Source: a virus
IMG/VR virus record: IMGVR_UViG_3300032288_003949
Span: 1 to 64,000 of that record
Strand: one strand, 5' to 3'
Length of the DNA: 64,000 bases
Below are positions 27,701-36,500 of this stretch, one piece after another. A program made the translations under genes and the position numbers. Numbering within the stretch: position 1 is the stretch's first letter; every line of letters begins with the position of its first letter. The notes under the pieces are model-generated. The model was not told where the DNA came from. It worked only from the letters and a program-made list of their open reading frames with translations, and made no database searches.

Positions 27701-30052
27701 TGGCGGGATAACGATTGGCAGGTCTGCGCCCTTGTCGATGTGTTCGCGCAGTCGTTCTAGCCATGCGCCAGCGCGGGGCTGCTTACTCTCCACCTGCAAG
27801 AACTTTCGTGCCTTTATGCTGAGCTCTGGGAACCGAAAGACCATCGACCGCTTGGGATCGACCTTTACCTGCGGAACGATGGCGATCTCCCTTTCCGACC
27901 CGAACATCCCAAGCCAGTTATTGACCGTCGTTGCCAGAACGATGTGGCGAATTGACAGGGCTGTCGCCACGATGGTGTTTCCGAAGCCGAGAGAAGCATC
28001 GATGTTGAACGACTGGCTAAGGCCGGAGAAGAGCCATCGATCCTTGAACAGCTTTTTCCACCACGCCACATTGTCGTTCGATCCGTGGAAGACCGTCAAG
28101 CTCGGCGAGCGGGTGCGGTTGTAAAGATCCCATGCGTAGAGATCTCGGAGCCGTCCTTGGAGATCCATGCCTTTAGAGCGTTGCTCAAGTGCGCTCTTGC
28201 CACTCTCCCCCGTGCCGGAGAAGCTCGCAAGGGAAAGGGTTCCACCCGATGAGCCCCCGTATTGGCTGTTGTGGGCTTGCTTAACCATGTTGACGATCTC
28301 GCTGTCGAAGTCAGCTTCGATTTCCTTGACCATCTGCTTTATCGGCGCTCCACTCTTCCACTTCCCGAAGCGCTGCATCACATCGATGTAGTGCATCTGC
28401 TCAATGAGCCCGAACTGTTCCCATTGGTCTTCGCTTAGATTGGAGTCCTTGGGCAGCGCCAGCGTGGGATCGTGGGTGCTGGATTCGACATAGGGCTCCA
28501 CCATGCGGACATTGCTCGTTTCGTGCATGGTCTGCTTCCCGCCTGCGACGAGCTTCTTGGGCTTTGCGGGTTTCACGCCGCCAAGTTCGGTCGGTTTGCC
28601 AGGGGTGTCTTTCGGGTCGATTACTCGGACTTCGACCTTCTTCTTGTCGCCGCTTGCTTCGTCCAGCACGACTTTGCCCTGCAGGATGTGAGCTACTTCC
28701 CATTCCTGTCCATCAAGTGTGAGCAGGTCGCCGACCCTTACTTTCTGCCCCGCTTTGCCCGTCATGGTGCTGGGGTAGATCGGGTGCTCTGCGTCTTCGG
28801 TAGCTGTCCAGCCGCCAGCAGGCGACGCCATTCCGGATGGCATGTCCTCCAGCTCAATCGTGCCAATCTGTTGCTCTAACTTATCGATGAATAGAGGCAG
28901 GATCGATTCGATGCCTTCGTTATGTGTAACTGGGATATTGAAGCTCATGAGCTTTCCCCAGTCCCGCCATCTGCTTACGGGATTTTGAAAGTAGTCACGA
29001 ATTTCTTCAGCCGTTGCTTTCAGTGTTATCGATTTAGCGGCTGGACTTGTCTGGAGGAACTCGCGCTCCTTGGCAATCAGTTTCAGAAGCGATTGCCTTA
29101 GACCCTCCGGACCGTCGTAACCCTCCGCTTCTATGTACTGCATAAGAACTGGAAACTTTTGGGCTTCCGTAAAATCTAGGCTCTCCACGAGCTTCATCGT
29201 GGCTGTCGCGGTAGCGGCTTCATCAACATAGAGCTCCAGTTCAAGATCGCGCCGCTCTAGTGTGCCGGTAGCCACCTGAGAGTCTTTATGAAACCAGACT
29301 TCCTCCTCGTTTTGCCGATCTGTTTGCGTAATTAGCGTTAGGGGCTTTCCATAGCCATCTGAGTCCACTCCAATTTCAACAAAGCTCAGGGCGACTATGG
29401 GGCTCTCGCTCCAGCTACGAATCGTTTCTGCGTCTGGTGGCGGCGTTCCGACGGGTTGCCCGCGAAACAAAGTCGGGCTGGGTGCTTTTTGCCGCTGAAG
29501 TTCGAAGTAGAGAGCGGCGGCTGTGCTGTGGGGGTCAAGGCTAGGGTCTATGGCCTCGCCCGCCCTTGCCGTTCCAAAGAAGAAGTGTTCTCCCTCATCC
29601 GCAAGCACCCAGTGCGCCAAGCCAGCTATGACACGAGCTTCATGTAGCTCGTCGGGCGTATAGGCTTTTGCCGCTGGTGATGCCATTGCCTTTTGCATTT
29701 CTTGGCGTATGGTCGTCCGTCTAGAGTTGCGACGGGCGGCATCTTCCTTCGTCATGGCGGGGGTTGCCACACTTCTGGGTAGGCCGCTGGGTGAAGCCAT
29801 AGGCCCAAGCGGAGCTGGGGATGCCATGCCGCGTGGTCTGTCTGGGGTTTCGATGAACCTGCCGCGTCGGTTGCGCGGGTGCAGCATGGGATCGAAGTCG
29901 GCGGTGAACAGGCTCCTGATCACCCGTCCAGCGCGGTTCAGAACGCGACCTTCTTGCAGGTCTATTTCTTCTTGCTCAGTAGCGAGCAGACCAGTAGGGT
30001 CATCTGGTCGCAGGTCTTCCGGCGGCGTAGTGGGTTCTAGACGGATCGGCAC
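24707..30052 (-). CDS. 1781-aa modular protein with ADP-ribosyltransferase-like domains and MASP linkers
   Basis: HPRNRRGRF; four MASP; LFRG..SWSES..A..F; VFHG..SQSF..A..FG..SEREI; repeated small beta modules. Confidence 0.8.
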   Translation of the reverse strand: MPIRLEPTTPPEDLRPDDPTGLLATEQEEIDLQEGRVLNRAGRVIRSLFTADFDPMLHPRNRRGRFIETPDRPRGMASPAPLGPMASPSGLPRSVATPAMTKEDAARRNSRRTTIRQEMQKAMASPAAKAYTPDELHEARVIAGLAHWVLADEGEHFFFGTARAGEAIDPSLDPHSTAAALYFELQRQKAPSPTLFRGQPVGTPPPDAETIRSWSESPIVALSFVEIGVDSDGYGKPLTLITQTDRQNEEEVWFHKDSQVATGTLERRDLELELYVDEAATATATMKLVESLDFTEAQKFPVLMQYIEAEGYDGPEGLRQSLLKLIAKEREFLQTSPAAKSITLKATAEEIRDYFQNPVSRWRDWGKLMSFNIPVTHNEGIESILPLFIDKLEQQIGTIELEDMPSGMASPAGGWTATEDAEHPIYPSTMTGKAGQKVRVGDLLTLDGQEWEVAHILQGKVVLDEASGDKKKVEVRVIDPKDTPGKPTELGGVKPAKPKKLVAGGKQTMHETSNVRMVEPYVESSTHDPTLALPKDSNLSEDQWEQFGLIEQMHYIDVMQRFGKWKSGAPIKQMVKEIEADFDSEIVNMVKQAHNSQYGGSSGGTLSLASFSGTGESGKSALEQRSKGMDLQGRLRDLYAWDLYNRTRSPSLTVFHGSNDNVAWWKKLFKDRWLFSGLSQSFNIDASLGFGNTIVATALSIRHIVLATTVNNWLGMFGSEREIAIVPQVKVDPKRSMVFRFPELSIKARKFLQVESKQPRAGAWLERLREHIDKGADLPIVIPPEIIMSQKSLKPPPPAALEAFADYKDIPEIKGEPYTPEQLKAKHGDLPFKHVDEKGRPEPRVAAEAGVKAGDFMIGMKGTLYWIGPDKTNNFGLRYHKIVKGSDGKLMFDGDSYAFEGDGANTYYFLKGNVKPLKDETDWDPAAWQFAAEDPILIRNMQVGDKFKVDGTPYELSQVPASMSISDDRLTVRDLETGIQGTINADFATTRLVPATGYVAGQTLQPAKGMTLAYQGKKHTITSVKKDGIVSVKPAGGTVVQLAPDDPALKDLFDPSAWLPSGETTLQNLSIGEMFHGGSGKTVRPYKVIGKDGNKIEWQNMDNGKKGSSPKTKKVAVLKPQGGTPGEADHKSGAPVNTEPPPPSDMPVTKAETAGKLISQEVAEQVGDVLLKVPAAELKEGTVIQHKRASDGMVVLYQVKTVDPDEAIIEQVSVEDYTGSGPVGKGSVSPENAMVVDEFKLTKNETLGDLLTGKTVDNAFQELAEQDKVFFYDTKLAATAWKQPEAVTTQVPTLTNEEAKAAAGIMANAPAKNLKVGVVFYDDSAKQFYKVQENNEGQVRILVSEAPEAAPITEITLGETEKLFGANPPPTGLIIYDLLDENEVAQEKVTVADEISDLPQAEIEPYKSAYGSGGKYKHDKIGEMTVGTIFQDKTGKLWSVQVSGANAVITDGVSNYAVNGDLRGKRLNEGLIQDAPVDAFALLNPPPAPEPVPHPYQEQKEVVPETPTSMIMDSMTPNQGMTVTDIADKTNLESNAYYIYKGELFMIGDADYEGELRRYLVEPDGEMVPFDTSFSTWHSWETVPDSVFVENEVLEEPTASETEPSGGELLKNVVDSTQTGYAEVEFEAGGKTFSVIAIGQKNNTGQQIYLKDMTTGETKNIPLTDDLTLDGVAREFSEPPPTATSEAVTTPGLGPNFTAEEVAAAPKIELNFYKSAYGSGGKYKHEKVGDLPDGADFTVKGDKSKWVKVKSMTGGWVLVWKLHGSASELGLVKANGRVRAV

Positions 30053-30064
30053 AGATCCATTGTA
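30053..30064 (-). promoter_or_regulatory. leaderless-mRNA -10 box (type example)
   Basis: TACAAT 6 nt before GTG with no SD; same layout before starts at 3115, 18666, 19727, 38522, 50004, 50756, 62929. Confidence 0.7.
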
Positions 30065-30072
30065 ATGCCGGT

Positions 30073-30297
30073 TCAGCGCATCGTTCGAAGGAAGTGAGCG
30101 TGTGCCAATTCGTTAGCTGGCACCCTTCCGCAGACTCCCTTGAAGGCCTTCTCTAGCTCGCTGCGCGTGTTAGCGCCCTGTCGCTGCTGGTGCTGGTAAT
30201 AGCGCTTCCACTTCCCGCGCACCACGATATGGCGGGTTGCCCGCTTCTGCTGGTGCTTTGTCAGCGCCCGCTGCCCGCGCTTGCGTAGGATGCTCAC
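30073..30297 (-). CDS. small basic hypothetical protein
   Basis: GTGA overlap with upstream ORF. Confidence 0.5.
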   Translation of the reverse strand: MSILRKRGQRALTKHQQKRATRHIVVRGKWKRYYQHQQRQGANTRSELEKAFKGVCGRVPANELAHAHFLRTMR

Positions 30298-30533
30298 TCT
30301 GGACCGTCCATCAGGCCAGCGTAGAGACTGTCAAACCAAGCTCGCTGCCATTGCAGGATCATCTTGTCGGCCAGCCGCTCTCCGAACTCCTGTGCCAGAT
30401 AGTCATGAAACTGGGCTGCCATCATCGCCCACTGTTTCAGCGATTCTGCGTGTGCGTCGAACCTGCTCTGCGAGAACGCAAGCTCGTCGGCGAGATCGTC
30501 TGGGAGCTTCGGCGGTTCGGGCATCTCGTCCAT
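30294..30533 (-). CDS. hypothetical protein
   Basis: 79-aa ORF after the MuF gene. Confidence 0.6.
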   Translation of the reverse strand: MDEMPEPPKLPDDLADELAFSQSRFDAHAESLKQWAMMAAQFHDYLAQEFGERLADKMILQWQRAWFDSLYAGLMDGPE

Positions 30534-30542
30534 ACAGAAAGA

Positions 30543-33500
30543 CTAGCGCGGGACGGAGACGGCTTGGAGTATGACCGCTCCGTTTTCCTGCAGCACAGCT
30601 TGTATCTGGAGTTTCGTGTTTCGCCCCATCAGCAGAGCACCATCTGGCGCGTCCAAGCCTTCGGCTGCAGGCATCACCACGCTGGATCCAGCTGGTATCT
30701 GGACCTTGACCGCCACAACTCCTGGAGTCGGGGCGAAGTCGGTTTGCAGCGGCAGGTAGGACTTATCGGCCATCCACTCGCCTTCCAAGTCTTCGGGATT
30801 CTCTAGCGGTTCTGGCAGGACTGCCCATGCCGTCATGTCTTCGTCGGTCTTCGACATGGGACTACGGAAAAGCTCGTCTAGCGTTGCGATGGTGTCAGCT
30901 ATTTCTTCTGTTGCTTCTTCTTTCGGGGCTCCTGAGCGGAGATGATCGTCGATTGCCGTTCGGTCGTCTCCTAGGTAGGCTTCCATAGCAAGGTCTTCTT
31001 CCGGTAGTGATGGGAACTCACGCTGTTCGAAGTAGTCGGTGATCTCGTCGCCCTGCAGCGGTTCTGGTATGCCTTCTTCGCCACGCGAGAAGCGCTCTAG
31101 CCATGCCACACGCTCTTTCAGGCTGGTGCGGATCCGCTCGCGCATCGCTTCGTCCTTGAATGGCGCTGCGTCCACGAGTTCGTCAATTCGTTCTGGCGTA
31201 AGGCGTAGTGCCGCGTCTTTTGCTCCGGCTTGCATGCCAGCTTCGGTGATTTCCATGCGGCCATTGGCCTGACCGCGCCCGCTTTGCATCGTCCAGAGCT
31301 CTGTCGGGACCGATCCGAAGCTCTTGCGCTCGCCTTGGGCGCGGAACTCCAGGGTTCCGCCTTGGTCTAGGCGGACAGGCTGGTCGCCGTTCCACAGGAT
31401 GTTGTCTTGTGTCAGACCGATGACATCCCAGTTAGCCAGCAGCGCATCTGCCACGAATCCTTCTGCCAGATCTGCGTTGGGTTCGCTCCAGCGCCTTTGT
31501 TCACCGTCTACCAGCGGGTAGGTGACGGCGATCTGGTCGCCATATGTCGGATGGCGGCTGATTCCTACTCCTGCGTTAGAGACTGTGACTCCCAGATCCC
31601 TATAGATGGCGTTTGCCAACAGTTCGGTTGCTACGCGGTCTGAGTCGCCGCGATATGCCTTGACGAGCCACTTGTTGCCGTCAGGATCCTCTGCGATCCG
31701 TGCGTCGTTGGATCCACCTGCGCCCTTTATGTCCTGAAGTTCGACATCCGTGTATTCGGGTATGCCTTCGACTGGCTCTGGTGGAGCTTCCAGCATTGAG
31801 CGACCTAGGTCGTCTTCTTTGCCCTTGTTGCCCTTGAGCAGGTTGAAGATGTTAGGCGAAGCCATAGGCGAAGCCATCTCTACTGGCGAAGCCATGCTGC
31901 CAGTTCCGAGCAGCCTTTGTGCTCGTTGCACCATTTCATCGACCCGCTGATTCCAGACTTCGCGGGAGGGGCTATCTACTGGGATGATGTTTTTGAGTTC
32001 GTCATGGAAATCTGTATCTGTCGCGATGCGAGTTACCGCTTCTCGTTGACTATCGCTGAGGGTGGCAGGAAGCGACTGCACAAGGGTCGCTCCCGTTCCG
32101 TCTGTGTAACCAAGCTCGCGCTCGCGGATTTTTTCGTATCTTTCGCCTGAACCAAAGCTTAGATCGTGATCGATGGCGTAGAAAACGGTATTGGGAATAG
32201 TTTCGTACTGTTTGTGCACGAGCAGGTTACCCATGTGCCGATCTGTATTGCCAATGATGTCGTCAAGAATAGCGAGATTTTGGAACGCTGGCGAGTTCCG
32301 TGTTTCGTCTTCTTGCAAGTCAAGCACTCCGCTGCCCGCCACGGTTGGCAGTCTTTCCCCGTTTACCTTCAGTTCTTGTTGGATTAGTTCTGGGATCCGC
32401 ACTTGGTCAAGCGATATTTCCCGCTCTTGCTGCCCCTCCAGGCTTCTGAAGGTGGCAAGGTTGTTGTCCCAGTCAATTTCCTGTAGGTAGCCGCGCTCGC
32501 CACCCACATCTACCACCACATTGCGAGTTCTTGGGTTCGTCGGGTTATCTGCCAACCGCTGCTGATTGCCTTCATCTACCTTCTTTAGTGCCGCAAGTGA
32601 CTCTTCGTTGCCGACGAGACGGGTTGCGACACTTGCCACTGGCACTCCAAGGATATCTGCGACCTTTTCGGCGGCTAGGTTGGGGGCTTCATCATGGCCG
32701 TCAACTGTAATTTTCGCGTTAGGTGATCCCCAGTCGCGGTTGTTGTAGAAGGGTCTAACCAAGACATCCGTGTCACCAACTTTCGCTGCTGTGACGGAAG
32801 CGACATCGTAAAAACTTCCCGACTGATATTGCACGGCGATGTCGACGACTCGGTCGGTCAGTTCTTGCTCTGAAATGTTCATCTTTGGCGTTTGGTTCGG
32901 TGACTTCATGCTTTCGACCGCTTGCTTAAACTTCGTGCGCTCTCGCCGGTAGACCGGCGAAGCCATCGCCTGCTCAAACCTTGCCTTATCAGCTGCTAGG
33001 ACATCGTCCATCACGCCTGCTTCTTCTTGGATCTTTCGAATCATGCGGTCGCGATAGCCAGGTTTTCCGCGTTCCTCGGCGGACACTTCGATGACGATGC
33101 GCTGCTCATCGATTGAGTCGGGGCTAAGGATGATTTCTTTTTCCATCAAAGCAATGCTGCGGGTGGTGGGGTTCATCGGTGACTTCTCTTTGTCCATCGC
33201 TTCCACGCGCTTGGCCACATCTATCCCCTTGCCGTTCTGTGTCACATAGACCGTGACCGTAGCGGATCCGTCTGAGTAACCGTGCGTTCCAAAGTGCAGC
33301 CCTTGACCTGGATCTGCCGACCATCCGCGATATCCAGACTCACTTGGCGCTGGCAAGAAGCGGCTCTGGCCCCTGAAAAGAACCTGTCCATCAAAGCTCT
33401 CTCCGTTATTTTCGATCTCCCATGCGAGCGCATCAAGTGCGTCCTGATACTCCGGCTTGGCCTTGGCGCTGCCTACCCAAGCCTGAATACCCGTGTCGAC

Positions 33501-36500
33501 CAGCTCATCGTGTTTCTGCGCGGGTTGGTAGGTGGCGGGCGACCGCATCGCGTCGCCGAGTTCTGCCCTTGCCCGCTCGGTCTGAAGTTCCCGATCTGTC
33601 GGTCTTCCGATGCCCGTTGGTAGTTCGCCGGTTCTCCATCCCCACCTTGGGCTGGTGCGCCGCAGGGTTTCGGCCACGCGGGGGTATCGTTCTACGAGAA
33701 GCTCTGGGAGAAGCACATGAACAGCGAAGTCGACGCGCCTGCTCAGGCCGCAGGGAGAGACTCCGCGCCCGCCGACAACCAGTCTGCTGATCGGGGCGTG
33801 TTCAGCGTCGTCGGCGTGGCTTGTGAGCTTATCCATGTCGATGTCATAGGGGTCTATGCCAATTCCGTTGAGTGCGCCTCTCAGGAAGTTTTCTACCGGC
33901 CCTTGTCCGTCCTTGAGCGCGTCCAGCGACATGCCGCTTGCCACTTCACTCAGCATGGCTTCGTCGCTTCGCAGCCTTGGGCCAACGGGCGATGCCATCG
34001 CACCCTCTGGGCTCTCGTAGAAGTTCTGCAGCGGCTGTGCTGCTACCGCCTGTGCCATGCTCTTGCCGAAGCCGCGATTCGCTTTTTCGACCAGCTCCAT
34101 CCGTTTGTCAAGGGCGTTCTGACGCATCTTCTTGGCAGCAGCGATCAGTTCTTGTGGCCAGCCGAGTTTCCCAGCGGCTTCGTCGATGTCCGGCAGGTCT
34201 TTTTCCAGTGTCCCGCTGAAGGCGCTTCCGAAGGTCGTTTCATCGAAGCGGTATGCCATGTGCTGCCCTAGCTGGGCGAAAAGGTCACCTTCATAGGCCC
34301 GCTTTGGTTCGATGACGGCTGGGCTGGCCATGCCTGTTGCTACCAGCGCCGTTTCAGTGTCTTTCGTGTCCGGCTTGCCGAAGTAGTCGTCCATTGACTC
34401 CGAGAGCACATCGATGGCGCGTTGAAGCGCCTCTCGCATGTTCAGGGTTTCGTCTCCTGCTGGACCTTCGCCAGCCTTAGCGCGTATTTCCTGCAGCTTG
34501 GACAGGGTCTGCTCCATGTCTTCACGACTCGCGTTCTTAATGGCTTTGAGGGGCCCGACGCCGCCGCCGTAATAGTTGTTCCAGGCATGGGATGCGAACC
34601 CGTCAAATTCCGTGTTGTTGGGATCGTCCTGTTGTAACACCGCTGCGATGACTGCAGTGGGCCTCATGAGTCCTTCGGAGTCGTAAAGGGTGTCTTCGTC
34701 TGGATCTGCTGGCACGAAATCTTGGTCAAGCGATGATGCCAGCGTGTCTTGTTCCAGGGTCAGCTGTTCGTCCGACACCTTTTGCTCAGGCTTGTAGCCG
34801 CCGTCTTCTAGGGCTTCTCGGACCTTTGCTCGCAGCCATGTCTCTGCGTTGTCTTCATACTTAACTCCGTCCTTGGTCGGGATCGGACCTTCATCGCCTG
34901 TAGCCAGCAAGATGTCGATGCGCCGATATCCTTCTAGCGAGCCGCCGTCCATAATGAACTCGGCTTCATCCTCGTATTCGTTGACGACTGGATCTGCAAG
35001 CGAGTAGTCTCCCGTTGCCGATGCCCGCGCTTCCATCTCGGTGCGTATCCAGCGACGCTCAGCGGTATTGTAAGCGCCATCTAGATCAGCGTTAGTGTCG
35101 TGGAGTATTTCTTCGACTGCTCCCATCCCATCGGCTTGGAACATTTGCACGAGAGCATCCGCGATCTCCTTGGCGCGGCTGGAGCCAGACTGAGCAGACA
35201 ATATCCAATCCTCTCGTTCTGGGCCCTCTGGCGGGACTTCGATACCGAGTCGTTCCGCCAAGTAAACAATCTCAAAGTCATCAAGATCCGGAAGAGAAAC
35301 ATCGTATCCCTTGGGCGAGGTGATGAATTCCCGAATGATTTCTGCCTGATTTTCATTCCCTATCTTGGATCGCATTTCTTCGTAGCCAGCTTCCCTCGCC
35401 ATCTCTGCCTGTTCAAGCAGATCCTTTATCTCAACGCCCTTGCCGCCCGTGATCTCGTAGAGGCTGATTATCGCCTTGTCTCCAGGGTCCAGGCCGTCCA
35501 CCGCTCCAGCCACGCTAGTTTTTCTTATTCCCGTGCCATCGCGTTTTCTTACTTCGGGGCCGCTGCGGGCAAACTCAAGGGCTGTTTCAAGGCGCTCGCT
35601 CCAGCCACGGATTCGGTTGCCCTTGGGTTCATCGTGCTGGACGGCTTGGCCTCGCCAAAGCAGCCCTTCTTCTGTCTTGTAGGTATCGATCTTCCCGTTA
35701 TTGACTTCCCAGAGCAGGGCATTGACTTCTTCTTCGCTTGAGTTCTTAAGCGCCATGTCTGGGTTTTCCTGCCATCTCTGGACTATCGCTGCCGCCCGTC
35801 GAAGGTGCTCTGGGTCATCTCTGCTCCCTTCGTAGGATGCAGGCGATGCCATTGCCTTGAATTCGTCCAAGGCTGCGTCCGAGGCGAGCTGCCTTGCCAA
35901 GCTCTTTCGATCCTTTGGATCGCCGTCCATTGGGCTTGCCATGCTGCGCGGCCCAACGCGCTGTTCTATGCCTGCGCTTTCAGCATTAGCCAGCCTGTTC
36001 GGTGTGGCATACCGCTTACGAGTTCCATCTGGGCGCTCAATCAGGGCGCTGCCCTTGTCGCCCCTGAACACGACGGATCCGTCGGCGAGTTCCAGCTCAT
36101 TTCCAGGCTGCAGGGCTTGAACCTTCCGGATCAGGGCTCGCTTGGGGTCTGAGTAGCGCCTTGGGTCGTATCCGAGCGGCCCAGATACCTTTTTCGGCGT
36201 AACGCGGTCTTCGCCGCCTAGGATTTTCTCAGTTGTTGTCTTTGGGGCCTTGCGGCTGCGGGTATCGGCCTTTGCCCGCCTGATGTCTGTTACCGCAGAG
36301 TCCTGCCAGCGCTTGACTTGGCCCGTTTGCATGCGAACATCGGCGCTGAAGCCGTTATTGTCGACCGCCACGACCTTTTCCAGAGTGCCGACTTGGATGT
36401 CGCCGTTCTTGGCCTTTATCCGCACCTTGTCGCCTTCGCGGAGCCTGCCGGTGACCTTCTTGCCCCGCAGCGTCTTCTTTCGGGCGCTTCCGACCTTCTT

